This document shows, piece by piece, positions 1-12,999 of a stretch of DNA of 64,000 nt; positions within the stretch are counted from its first letter, which is position 1, and each line of letters starts with the position of its first letter. Location of the stretch: NCBI RefSeq assembly GCF_964204865.1, contig NC_135262.1:9920001-9984000 (forward strand). Direction: 5' to 3'. Below the pieces are notes generated by a model. The model was given only the letters and a program-made list of their open reading frames with translations. It did no database searches and had not been told where the DNA came from. Source of the stretch: Styela clava (lineage: Eukaryota). Both the position numbers and the translations under genes were made by a program.

Positions 1-1088
1 ATGTTGGTCGTTAAAAGTCTCTAACTGACATCCAATGTCCTGTCTTTCAACCTGTTCTTTGTATTAGATTTCAGACTCTCTACAACGGAGAATGTGCTTT
101 CGTGATTGAAGCGCTTCCGAACATCAATAACATGCCCTTTTAATTATATTCTTTTGATACCGTAACAACCTGCATACATACCAAGCACTGGGGCTTTGTT
201 TTTCGCATGCACATGCTGTTTTTTGTTATCACTGATCGTTACCTATATCATCAAATGTGTCGCAGGCCACAGATTACGATACAGCGGCTCTAATGTGGCC
301 CGTGGGCCTGGACCCGCGTGATTTAGACTGAAACTTTATTTTTTTTGTGTATGTGATATCAGAGCTATATCTTTAAACAGTGCCAAGTCCGCGGTGGCAT
401 AATTTTTGAATTGTGAGGTAGGCGTTTCATAGTTCTAGCCTTTGTTCAGGATATGATTTCGATGAAATTGTGAATAAAATATTTCGTTTTCCTTTCCGTT
501 TCCATATACTTAGGCTTTGCTCCTTTGTATTACTCATTTGGTTATTCATGTAGCTTAACTCCAAAGCGGCGTAAAAGAATATTACCAACTTCATTTAAGC
601 TTGTTAGTGAGTATATATAATATCATGAGTTATACCTTTATAGTGCGTACTATTTATCTCCAGTTAATGCCTGTGATATACATATATATATATATATATA
701 ATTCATAGGCTCGTAAAAGTAAAGTCGATCAGTACAATGATATGATTTCTTTTATTTCAACTAATTCTAAATAATATATTATTGAGTTTCAAAAAATATG
801 TTGCATTATGTTTCTAGGTCGGGGCAAAGTGATTGTATTCATTTATTTAGGCACAACAATATTTCCATATTTGTTTCGCATTACTTAAAACATAATATTA
901 TTATCCCGCAACTAAATCATACTTTCCATTCGTGGTGTGTCAGAAATGAGTAATTAATTAGTTACATTGTACTCAACAAGCGTTTATAAACAAAAATACC
1001 AATTATGCTCCATGAAATTTATACAGGGTATACCAATATGATGCATTATCAGGTATATATATACAATGCATAATAACAATGTGGTTAT

Positions 1089-3362
1089 TCAACAAACTGG
1101 CTGTAGCTTCCTGAATAAAGTGTCCCAAGTAGAAGCGTGGCGATGATTCAGGTCATCGTCGATATGAACCGGATCTTTTTTTCTGAAATCCTGACCCCAT
1201 CTGAGATTTTCGTCACCTCTGATTTTTCCCGTAAAACAGTTTGCAGCGATATTATTTCCACCTTTTTGTTTGTAAAAAATTGCAATTATAAAGGCATGCT
1301 CCTAACATATGTAGCAACAGGAAACAATTTTTTTAATGATTACTCCAAACAAGACTGTGCTAAAACAATCAGATACAATTGCTTTTGCAAATGAAATAGT
1401 TTTGTAACTTTAAAATTCTTTTTGCATTTGTTAGGCATATAAAAAATATTTATACAGACGCGCAGCTAGGATTTTTAAAAGGGGGGGGGGGTTATATATG
1501 TTATATTTTAACGTTTCCTGTGCTATTTTTGTTTTGAATCATCAAATGCAAACGGTAGACTAACTGTAATCAAAAAGAAAAGAATATATAGTTATAAAGA
1601 TTCATCAATTGCTTATGTCAATTAGGTAGTGAGTGTGAAAGAAACAATATGAATTTTACCTGCAAGGCATTCACTGTTGCACCAGCCTTTCGATGTCTGC
1701 AGATTCATGTCAATCGCATGCCCTACTTTGTGATTTGATTTCACGGCTGGTGTAACAATGGCTCCTGGAACTACCGCGTTATCTTTTCTGTATGAGTCTG
1801 TCACCCAAACCTGTGGGGGATATGTAAAAACAGTCACAAAATTTGAAAATGAGCTTGTTATAAAGTCTTTATTCGAGTAAATCGTTAAAAAAGCACGGCA
1901 ATAATGTTGTAGTGTGAGAGCGGTATTAACCTATTATGTTCCTTACAATTACTTTACAATCTTCTGCATATCCATCGATCCTATTCATTGCGTTTTTGAA
2001 TCCTGGTTCAATCCGAACAGCTTTGTTGTTGTATCCTCTCACATTACTGGTGGTGTATGTTTCCAGAGTGCAGAAACCAGAAGTAGTTCCTGTCATATGT
2101 AAAAGAAGTCGTCTTAAGTAGGCTAACATTTTCCACCTCAACATCTACAGACGTCGTGTGAATGGAATTTATATATATATATATATATATAAATATTGCC
2201 AAATGAAAATATAATCGGTATTTTATTCAACATTAATGAAATTACTGACAGATTTGTTTGTTTTTGGCGCACGTACACTTCGGGATAGCAACCATTTCCT
2301 CGTCTCGCCCAGGAACTTCAAATAGGGAAAATGAGGACGTGACAAATGCCTCTTAAAAAATTACAAACTATACCTCCTGATGGTACACAACATTTTCTGC
2401 TCGACGACCCTCCGCACATACTACTTTTCCATTGTCCTGAGCAATAGTTGCTGTCATGCTTGCACTGTCCATTTTGGGCGCCGCATTTGCTATCTCGATA
2501 TTTGACATAATAATTTTCCGTGCTTTTACCTTGTACAGACAAATTTCATGAGAACAATACAATGGCTGATTTAATTCGTATGTCTGACACTCTAAATTGA
2601 CCTGAATCTAAAAATCTTCCTCATCCATACGAAAATGACAAATATCAAAATAGAAATAGGTTGCTGATTTCGAGTTTAAAATCGCTCATAACAAAAGTTG
2701 ACCACCGTTAGAATTTTAACATCGGTTCTATTGATTGTCAAACAGTTGTTTTAATAAACGTTCTATGACCCTAATTTCTTAAAATTGTATCTTAAATATA
2801 GCTCAAGCACACATTTCCTTATAATACAAATATAAAATATTTTGTGAAGCAACGATAAAATCACTTACAAGTGGAAGAGCAAGGTTTACAGCAACGTATG
2901 AATAAATTCCCGCTGCACTTTCCACGTTCATACCCTGCTATGCAATTATGGGTTCGGTAATCGTGACATGTTCCGCCTATTCTGGTACAAGCAGAAGCTG
3001 AAATAAATAAAACGAAGTTATGTGAGTGTGTTACATTTTCTAACATCGCTTAAGTCAGGAGGGCTATATCGAAGTGAATTAAATTTGACAGAGAATATGG
3101 AGAAGATTTTGAAAAATTTCGACAAAAATTTATCCAGAGAAAGTTCGATTGTTAATCCTCTCGCGTAGATAATGCCAATACGCTAAATAGCATGCAAATG
3201 GGTAGGTCGCAAAATCGTATCTTTATGTAATGTATGCATGTAATTGGAGGCAAAACAGCCGACAAAATTGGTAGAATTATGATAACTAAACAGATTCAAC
3301 TTACTTTGTCCTCCTATGACGAAACACCCAAGAACAACACACGCAAATATTAGAAGCTTCAT
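1089..3362 (-). CDS. Secreted protein: signal peptide + 2 beta-defensin-like Cys modules + peptidase M15 (LAS, L-Ala-D-Glu peptidase-like) domain, ~269 aa, 6 exons
   Basis: GT-AG exons 3362-3305, 2997-2869, 2529-2374, 2089-1947, 1810-1660 and 1261-1089 join in frame (810 nt). Signal peptide MKLLIFACVVLGCFVIGG; motifs TDSYR, SNHKVGHAID (SxHxxGxAxD), LRWGQDF and DPVH. Confidence 0.88.
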
Positions 3363-3435
3363 ATTCACAGGCGCGCACAGACAGACCGCTCGAATCAGAG
3401 GCTTTGTAGATATAATACCTATAAAAACCAGAAGT

Positions 3436-3459
3436 CGCTTATATTTGCGGGAATTTTCC
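3436..3459 (-). promoter_or_regulatory. Rel/NF-kB-like site (GGGAATTTTCC, 3449-3459) next to a TATA-like element upstream of the M15 peptidase gene
   Basis: Minus strand reads GGAAAATTCCC-GCA-AATATAAG, ~75-95 bp upstream of the ATG at 3362. Confidence 0.5.
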
Positions 3460-6400
3460 ATACATTCTTTATTATGGCACAATGAGTTTCGCTTTGCCAT
3501 TGAAGCGGTTTCTTATGTAGGAAATCGTGCTCTATTGTTATGTTTTTACGATATTTTAAAAATGGCCCGTGTATAAATATCTTTTTTATTGCGTTGCGTC
3601 GGTAGGCCAAATTTAAAAAATGGTAATTGGAGTGAGACCACGCGGATGATTTGCATAGGCGTATGAAATAGATTAAAACAAGGTCAGGAAAGCATGTCTG
3701 CTGTCTCACAATGGGTTGCGAAGTATTAAGGAAATTGATTCAGTGTTCTAAACTCGGATTCCACATATTGTTTTCAACGTAACCTCGAAAGCAAGAATTT
3801 ATAATAATGGTGCTAGGAAACCAAGACTCATGCGATAAGGAAAAAACAGTCATTAAGAGTCGTTTAGTCAACCAGACATGAATGCTTCATCCCATTGTTT
3901 TCCAACGTTTGTGTGCCTCTAAGTGAGAGTCAACACAAAGGCAATTCATGAACTTCGATACAATATCACTTAATTAAAGAAATCTTTTCTTATAGTAGTT
4001 GTATACACTTTCATATAAAATTTGTAAAAACTGGAATTGGGATAACCACAGAGAAAACAATAATTTGTTTGCTTGGTAAAGATAGTATAATTAGCCATGT
4101 GACCCTATGATTAATTACCCTCATTTTTCGTTAAATCTTTATATTTGTAGATATGAACAAAATCTTGAAACTTTTGTCACAATCACGGCAAACTCAAATT
4201 GCACAGATTTTTGTGATATGCATTTATGGGTGAAGCCCTTAATTATCCAAAAAATAAATAGAACATGGCCTCGAACACTCACATTAACATCTCATAAACA
4301 TTTTACCCCTGGAAACCTTTGTTGACTTCCCTGAAACAAAGCGGTGTCTCTAATTTTCATAAATCAGCAGTGTTTACGCGGGCTTCGCTAACTATCTATT
4401 GAGCATATTTGAAACTACTTAAACATAATTTAGTATATAACTCGAGCTGGGAAATATCAAAAATGAATTGCAAAAATCCTAGTTTGTGAGAAAGATTTAA
4501 TTTCGGTGACTTTCGACTTCTGAACTTCTCGTTAATTGGCCAATCACAATTACCGACATTGTTGATGTTGCCGAGCTACGCAAATTGGACCTTTGGCGAC
4601 CTCTTTAAAACTCATAAATCACAATTGACGATATTTCCGACAAAGTTGGCATTGCTGGCTTGTGCAAAGTAGACACATGCAATTCAAATATACTAAAAGT
4701 GCGGTTGCTAACTTATTTGTAGGGTTTCTCCGTTTTTCTTATTCATATGGGTTGATTCAGGTACGCATAACTGGCGATGCCGCTTTTTTGAATCACCGAA
4801 TAAAATAATTTTTCTGATTAAAGCGGTACGATGGTCGACGGATGACGTGGCACAAAAGTCAGCACCATATTATATAATCAAAAGAGTGACACATATATAT
4901 TTGGTAAATGTTATATAAATTCAAAAGACAGAAAACAATTTACATGAGAGAAATGAACCAGAGTTCTTCAATGCCGAGGTTGAGTTATTACGCATAAAAC
5001 GTTAACAAAATAAATAAATATTATTCAAAAAGGCTACACCTCATTGTTGTTGCTGTTCTGAACTGAGTCACACTTTTGCGAATGGTGCTTGACTTGTCAT
5101 ATATGCCACGCACCTTCAGAATATTATTGTTATTTCAAATGCAGAAGTTTCTCCAGCATTGTTTGACATTCTATAGCCAGCGGATAAGACCAACCGTTGA
5201 CGTTTTCTGTCACTTTGCTTCCATCTGACGTTACAACATTGCATCTTGGATCTTTTTAGATTTTGCACCCTCTCGTGATTTGCTGCGTATTTGTTTGTTT
5301 TTCCTTGTATTGCTTCTTTATTATGTTGTAACGGAAAATCGAAATGAACTTACTAAAATTATTCTGAGAAGGCTGAATCAAATATATAAATGTGGTTGTC
5401 AATGTCCGCGCGGTCAAATCGTCATTGATGCGCAAAGTTATGGGTCATTGATGGGTGCAAAAGCGCTGCCACCGTACTTTGCAGTCGTTAGTATGAATGG
5501 GATGTGAGTTATAGATGCAATGTAAGAATTCTTTTGTAGTAGCGTTTGATTCAAGATTTATTCAAAATTTTAATATATGCGTTAAGATAAAAAATGCGAC
5601 ATCAAATCTTTTTCGCATTAGAAGGTTCATTGAACTGGTATACATGGTAATTGAATGTGACTGGCAATAGCAGCACAATGGAAACGAACGGCAGGATGGT
5701 TTTCTACGAAACTCTAGTTAGCGTTTATCAAGATTTAAGCTAAATAGATTTAATACAATGGTATTCTGCGAAACAGAGACTCATATTGTCTGCTTTCGAA
5801 CGGTAACCGCAATCGAGCGAGGCCCTACGTGTTTCTAGTCGCAGTTGAAATAGAATACAGAAAATGGGACATGATATACCAATACATTCGAGATTAGACA
5901 TATAAACGACGGAAACTCAAAAGTTGGGAATGCTTTGTACTTTGTACATACTTTGTTGAATTTAACAGAATGCCCCATTGTGTATTCGAATGTGCCCCAC
6001 AAGTGGGGTACAGTGAGACACTTGACAAACGTTTTTAAAAGCATTTTGGTGGTGAGGTGTTCGTCGCGATGGAATTTCTTAGTCGCTAAATAATACCCCT
6101 CTCGGCATTAGCCCCGTAAAGTGAAATGAATGTGCAGAATATAGGGTTCAAAATATGCAAAATAAAAAAGTGTTCCAACCTTCCTCCTACAATATTTGCT
6201 CCAGGAAACCATAAAACTTGTATATATACACTATTACGGGCAGGGCAGAGAAGGATGAATAACATTATGAAAGAATATGGCTTCAAGTACTGAATTAAAG
6301 TTTTTTAAACTATCAGCATGGATGATCATAAATCCCTTTTTTGTTGGTTGGTTCTGCATACTTTGGTGCAGTCAATTTGAATACATTTTTCTTTCCTTCC

Positions 6401-6876
6401 ATCAAATGTGATGATGGTACTTTGTTATCAAAGTTGGCAGTGCTTGAATTTTCCTCATATGGTGAAGAGGGCAAGGTTTTACAACATGAATTCTGTTGCG
6501 TTGCAGACGACGACCGCTTCCTATTTCGATGTTGTATGAACGAACATCTTCTTTTGAGATAACGTTTGCAGGAATCAACATATCTTTTGCTTTACAAACA
6601 CTCTCGATCGCAAACTCGCGCACAAGAAAATGTCAGTGAATTGAAATAGATGAAATTTGATACGTGCAGAAAAATCATAAAAATTACAGCAAATGCAGCA
6701 GCAGAAGGGTATTTCTTCTCAAATCGACTATCCTCGGATGTGAAATATGATAATCGATTCTATCAAAACGACTGCTTGCACAACATAAGTTTCACAAAGC
6801 ATATGAATTTTGATTTATACTATTCGCACTGGAGTTGAAACGCTCGAGCATCGAATGTTTTTGTTATATTTTACTT

Positions 6877-7240
6877 ACCATACGTCCCGTTCTAGACGGG
6901 ACAGTCCCACTTTTTAATGTCTTGTCCCGGCGTCCCGACCGGTCAGCCAAAAGTCACGCTTTGGCGTTCACGCCGTTCAGCCAGCCAGCATAACACACAA
7001 GCATTACCATTTAGCATGTTCAAGTACTGTTGAAAAGGCACATGTTTGACCGTTGCAAGCAAAAACGCTGGCAAATTGCGTCTTTGAAACAAAAGTGGGT
7101 CGAGATGTTCAAGGAATTTGACAAAAAAAAAAACGCACATGCATTTCAAACTTTCAAGAGCTGGTGGAGATCATATTTTGTTTACCTGGAACGTTCGCAT
7201 CCGTTAGAAGAAAAGTATGATGGGACGAATAAGTAAATTA
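6877..7240 (+). mobile_element. Decayed hAT transposon fragment (left-end-like sequence + transposase C-terminal remnant)
   Basis: ACCATACGTCCC...GGGACAGTCCC subterminal pattern; frame at ~7158-7210 reads ELVEIIFCLPGTFASVRR, resembling the hAT dimerization motif LPGTNAxVERxFS. Confidence 0.5.
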
Positions 7241-7290
7241 TCAATGCTTGAAAACGGCAGGCTATTTTATTATTCTTTCTAATTCGAATT

Positions 7291-7592
7291 ATTACTTATC
7301 GATTTTAATCGGTAAGTATGTTGATAGGTATTTGTCTGTCTGTTTGTTTGTCTGTTAGATGCACGCGATATCTCACGAAAGCGAGATTGAATCTGCTCCA
7401 GATTTTGCATGTGCATTCATCATATGTCGTACCAAAAGCCTATTGATTTTGGATGAATTATGTCGTATAATTAGCGAATTATTAATAAATTAGTGATGGG
7501 ACACAAGGTGTGACTATGGAGTAAGAGCGCTGATTTGGGATCCTCTAACTTTCGATCGATAAGTCTTTGGTCTCTGACCGATATTCTTGTTT
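7291..7592 (+). mobile_element. DINE-1/HINE-like (Helentron-associated) interspersed repeat, copy 1
   Basis: Subterminal inverted repeat ACTTATCGAT/ATCGATAAGT, partial palindrome, (TGTC/TGTT)n microsatellite and 3' hairpin GGTC-TCT-GACC. A reverse-complement copy lies at 27331-27620. Confidence 0.7.
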
Positions 7593-7605
7593 ATATCGTT
7601 AACAT

Positions 7606-8648
7606 CAAGGCTGCCCAACCGGCCCGTCCTATGAAGTTTGTAAGCAGACTTTTTATTCTATGTTATATATCAATATACAGGCTTAAGTATGTTTCGTGAT
7701 TTTGATGTGATTATTCCTGCCATCTATCTACATTCAAATGCCGGTTCTTATTATTACGTATGTGTCAAGTCTTGCACCCTGTTGGACATCGACGTCAGTT
7801 TTTCATTTCTCTCAGAACTGAGCGTTCTGTTCGAGGAACTCGAAAGATATTGTGCGATCATTGAGGACGAACGCTGAGCGCAATTAAAGGAGTGAATTTA
7901 GATCCTAATTGCAAATTAATTTCATTCTGATTGTTTCTTACGTGTCTGCTTTGATCGTCTTCATCGCTAACGTTAAATAAAAAGTCAACAATATCTTTGG
8001 TACTTACTGGTCCCGGGACTCGCTGTCCTTTTATGTTTGTACTTTTTTTTTAATATTTGAGCTAAGTAAGATTTGTGAAATGTCGTCAATTGAAATTGCT
8101 GCATATTGGTTACAAATCAGTATATATAAGCTATTAGTCCAGAAATCTCTGTAATGGTACTTCATTAAACACTTGTATTGGTGTTTCAATTACACGAAAC
8201 TGCCCACTAAAACTTGATATTCCCGCGACATTGGCGCACATTATGCTCATTTGAACATTGAGGCAGTATCATATCTACTGAAAAAGAATGAATAAAAACA
8301 CTATAACGCGAATACAACACTCAATTTTGACGTGATGTGTGTGTTCTCGTGTGGTCGTCAAAAAACCGCAAGTACACGCCCGTGTTAGCAGATATTCGAA
8401 TAGTAACCTGCTCTTCTATTATTCGACTTGATGTTCGAATAATCTGCCTGCTCTACTCAGTAACCAGAAAGCAATTATTAAATTGATTGATTTTATGTTA
8501 ATAAGCTTGCCCTTTATGTATTATGTACATTACCTACAGCGAAATCAGGACTTAGCTGATATTAATGTTTGGTACAAACGTTTGCGGCCCGCAACGAATT
8601 TTGTCATGTGAAAGTGGCCCGCGAGACGAAAAAAGTTGGGCAGGCCTG
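7606..8648. mobile_element. Degenerate non-autonomous hAT element
   Basis: Ends CAAGGCTGCCCAACC and GTTGGGCAGGCCTG, subterminal GGCCCGC repeats; TSD only partly preserved. Confidence 0.5.
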
Positions 8649-9126
8649 GTAACGTAAATTCCTTTTTTTTTTATAAGTTTATCTAATATTCTAATTGAAA
8701 GCGATATTTAGACAGAGAATATAATATGCGCATGAACTCTCGATGACAATATTGTCAATGAAGACAACTGGGATGGCTTCAAATGTAGGCCTATGTAGTA
8801 AAATTGGAAAAATATAAAGTTAAAAATATCACAGCTAAGGGTTGGTCTTTGAAGGCGTTCCGCTCTAAAGTCACAAAAATATGGTAATCCTAATTTTACT
8901 TCGTTGTTGTTTATCATTTACTTTTACGATGCTTTTGTTATTGTTTTTATCCTTCAGCAGACTATTAGTTACTTGCGATTAGAATCACATATTACTCGCA
9001 AATTTCTTGTATACAATATATATAATAGAAATTGTGTGTTCAAACTCCACACTCAAGTATATACGCTCGAATGGTCTTTCGTCTATTTTTTTAAATAAAA
9101 TCTCTAACCACAGAAAAATGTGAAAG

Positions 9127-9262
9127 CAATTGGTCCAGTCGTTGGAGAGAGAGGCAATTTTTCCATAAAAATGAGAAAAAAATACTAACAACATAATAAT
9201 ACCAAAACGCAATTGGTCCAGTCGTTGAAGAGAGAGGCAATTTTTCCATAACAATGAGAAGG
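9127..9262. repeat. Short tandem duplication (~82-bp period, 2 copies)
   Basis: GCAATTGGTCCAGTCGTTG..GAGAGAGGCAATTTTT..CCATAA.AATGAGAA occurs at ~9127 and ~9209. Confidence 0.7.
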
Positions 9263-10069
9263 AAATACCAACAGAGAGAGATGTTTGAATTTATTTTCAT
9301 CGTCTGCCATGTATTTCAATCTGTTTTTCTGTCTTTTTTCTATGAAGCTAGAAGAGGCAGTTTTTATGACCTCGATATTTGACAGCACTTAGGCTACTTG
9401 TAAGAGCAACTTTTTTCGCGGATGAATGATGAATGTCAAATATCCCGCGTGAGATCACTAATTCATGACGATCAGATGAAAAATTCGCTCTGCATTGCTA
9501 CATCGCCAATCGGACCGAATATTAACAAACTTATTGGATAAAAGCGATGTCATACTTGACATTGAGCATTTTTTGTAGCAATCTGTAGTCGGTGTAGTGA
9601 AAACTAGAAAATAACGACCATGTCAAGTGGCCCGCGCAGTCATCCGTAAACTAAATGTGGCTCTTCGGCCAAAAAGGTTGGACAACCCTGGATTGAATGA
9701 ATATGGACGATTTCACGTGCAAGAAATTGAACAAATGGTTTAGCGAGTATATATATTTGAGTGGCGAGATTTTGTTGACGAACTTGTTAACCGACTCTTA
9801 CCAACGTTCCCAGTCCGCTCAATTTAATTTTATTTGCAGTCACTAACGTATACAGAATAGCCTACAATCCTGAAACTTCTCAAGATCCCATATCTACATT
9901 AAAAAGAAATTGAGCAGTAGGTAATACGTTAATCGAACGGCAAAATAATATTGAAAGCGTGATCTCGTGGCTCACGTCATAAACAGCATTGTAATTGTGA
10001 AGTATTCAAATAAGTCGTACTAGGTTGGGAAGATATCTATGAACAAAAACAAGTTTCTTGAATCTCAAA

Positions 10070-10289
10070 GGATATTATGTACGAAGCCCCCTTCGAAAAA
10101 TACACCTCCACTAACATTCAAAATAAGTAATTATCCAGACAGAAATGCAGATTGATCTGGAAATTCGAATTTTCAAGTGATTCCTAACGACCTAACCTCA
10201 ACTGGATAATTACCAAAAACGTGGCGGAGCCGTTTTTCTGAAATCTCACATTTTTGCATTTGTGGCGGGAGCTTTGTACGAAAGATCCA
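10070..10289. mobile_element. MITE with ~22-bp imperfect TIRs
   Basis: GGATATTATGTACGAAGCCCCC ... GGGAGCTTTGTACGAAAGATCC. Confidence 0.5.
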
Positions 10290-11099
10290 TCATAAATTAT
10301 ATATATAATAAGTTTCTTACGAAACTCATAATGAGGAATTTGGAGAATTTACCTTCGTTATCATAATTTTAATCCCAATTGGGATGAATTAGGGGTTTTG
10401 TTGCTAATGGAACCAAATCAAACATTTCCGTTACAGAAATTAATTCTGTCTGAAATTACCCATAGTAAGGATTGGATCGAAAAAAAACAGGCTCAATTCA
10501 TTTATACAAGAAAGTACATGTAATCAATAAATAATTTCAAAACGAACTATTGATACATATTACTCTATTGACATAACATTAATGTCGTGACATACTTCCA
10601 CTCAAAAATGCCGAATTTAACTAGATGATAATTTAAACCAAATTATAGGGCCGACGCAAAAGCCCTGGGGACAAATTGATCGTTGATGAAAGGTTCACGA
10701 GGGAAAATATTCTGTGAGCGATGGGTATACGACTACGTGTTAATTCATTATTATTTTCAAAAAAAAATTTGTCCTATGACAGGGGTGGGCAACCTTTTTA
10801 GTCTCGCGTGCCAAAATCGGCTAAATTTGACCACAAAATTCTTCCGCGTGCCGACCGAAATTAAAAACAATGCTTTGCTACTTTCAAAGCAAAAAAGATT
10901 CACTATTCGGGAAAATATCAGTCCGACAAATAGATTTTATTACTTTCTTATTATATATCCGTGAGACTTCTGCTGCTGCATTACCGCTGATAGAGATTTT
11001 ACATTGGGTTTATATTTTTTAAGTTTCAAAGAAATACACGAACTACTGGTTTCATCTTTCAGGCTACTCCTGTTAGGAGACTTAATTAAGGGTCATAAC

Positions 11100-12715
11100 C
11101 AGGGGCGGATTAGGCCCCTTTGGTGCCCCTAATCACTGAAGATTTTGGTGCCCCCTCATGTGCAATTTAATTATAAAAACAATAAACCACATAAGTGTAT
11201 TATCCATTAAAATTATCACACCCAACAGTAAATAAAAATTTTACCAATATTTTTAGGTTTTTTAACAGTTATATATAGCCTATATATAAATCGGCCGTTC
11301 ACTGCCGATATGATATATCGGCAAGCACGCAATATCGGGACGATATATCGGTTGAGCTCTAATCCCGAGGAAGTGTGACAATAAAGATTCATGCCTCCAG
11401 TCTCAACGTGAATCGAATCGTCAATCAAAATACGTCAATCGAAATACCAAAGGATACAAGTCACAACTGTATTTGGAATTTTACCGATACCGAGTAGTCT
11501 ACCTCAGGGTGGTTCAAGGTTGCTAGGTTGAAGGAACGCAAAAACTTTTGAGGAGGTCTCGCGGGCCGCAAGTCGGATAAAATTCAAAAGTGATCGAAAT
11601 ATCGCGAGTTTACTTACTTTAAATTTATTAAACAACGAGAGTTTAACGTTCTAATCAGACTATTATTACGTTGCATGGATGGCGTTCTTTTAATTAAAGA
11701 AGATATATAAAGCCTTCAGTTATTTCAAAGTTAATTCCCGAGAATTACCGTTGGCTTTTGCGCATCTCGCGTTTAATATGGCTTCAAATTATATTATTTT
11801 GTGACAGATATTACTTGAAATCAAACCAGACACTGTGTGATGGGCAAGGAAATACGTTACCCTTGTTTTTTCCTATATATATCACCTTTCTTGGGACACA
11901 CATTTTATTACGAATTGTTGTATTGAGTAATTTAGACACTTGCAGCGTGAGCAAGCTTAGTGCCATTGTCAAATAGTAATACCAACCAAGTCCGTCTAAG
12001 TTGGTATTTCGGGACATAGCTAAAAACAAACTGGATTGCGCGGCGTTAAGTCGGCTCTGCGTTTCGTCACTACTGTCACATGGCCGACGCTTAAAACAGA
12101 GGAGTGTTTTTACTAAAATAAAGGCACAAAGCGTTAGAAAAAGGGTTTGAATCTCGAAATCCCAAACCCCAGTTGGAATAGCTAAAAAAACTCAAAAACC
12201 TTTTCCCCATTAGATACAAATATACGCTAAAATTGTTAGGTGAGGGGTGAGCCGCCCGGAATGTATCAGCGTGACAGCGTTTGGACCACCCTGGTCTATC
12301 TTATCAAAATACTCCCGACTTCGCTGACCACTAAATCGTTGAAATGCGATCGTGGAACCGCCGCATAGTGTAAATAGTTCATTGGTCCAATTGTTGAAGA
12401 GAAATCAAATTTTTTTAAAACAAAAATGCAGCAACAAGGAGAATACCAGAAAGAAAAAACAAGAACACATTAAGAAAACGACTCATAGGCCATTTCGTGC
12501 CCAAAAAAAAGTTACAGAGTTTATTTTTAATAAAGAAGGTTAATATGATACTTTAGGACGGAAAATGAGCGGATATTTTGAAGTTTGAGTCATCTGGTGA
12601 ACTCGTAATATTTTAATGAACATCGATAAACTATATAAAATTTCTGTGGTGCCCCTCTTTGCTTGGTGCCCTAAGCACGTGCTAATATCGTTTATTATTG
12701 GTTTATCCGGCGCTG
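11100..12715. mobile_element. Non-autonomous hAT element B nested in A
   Basis: Ends CAGGGGCGGATT / TATCCGGCGCTG; internal GGTGCCCC repeats; perfect TSD GTCATAAC. Confidence 0.85.
11505..12293. mobile_element. Non-autonomous hAT element C nested in B
   Basis: TIRs CAGGGTGGTTCAA / TTGGACCACCCTG; TSD GTCTACCT/GTCTATCT (1 mismatch). Confidence 0.85.
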
Positions 12716-12999
12716 GTCATAACTGAGAACAGAGATTCACAAGCATATGTAGATGAAAACATGAAGAGTAATGTAATTGCAAAGTTTTTAAGACATGAAA
12801 AATTCTCGGGAATGGCATCCAAATCACGCAATAGTTCGTTTTCTGCACTTCTCTCTTGTATTCCCTTCCCTAATCGCTTATACTTCTTTCGAAATCAATT
12901 GATAACAGTAAGTTAGCAAGTAACTCTAACCAACATAAGCTGTACAACTTCATAAATCAATCAGAAATAAAGAAAAAGTGTGGCACAGACGATGTAGGA

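Noticed and set aside
5100-6640. Coding-like stretch with several short ORFs, possibly a decayed TE or pseudogene
   Set aside because: No recognisable motif or consistent splice chain could be established by eye.
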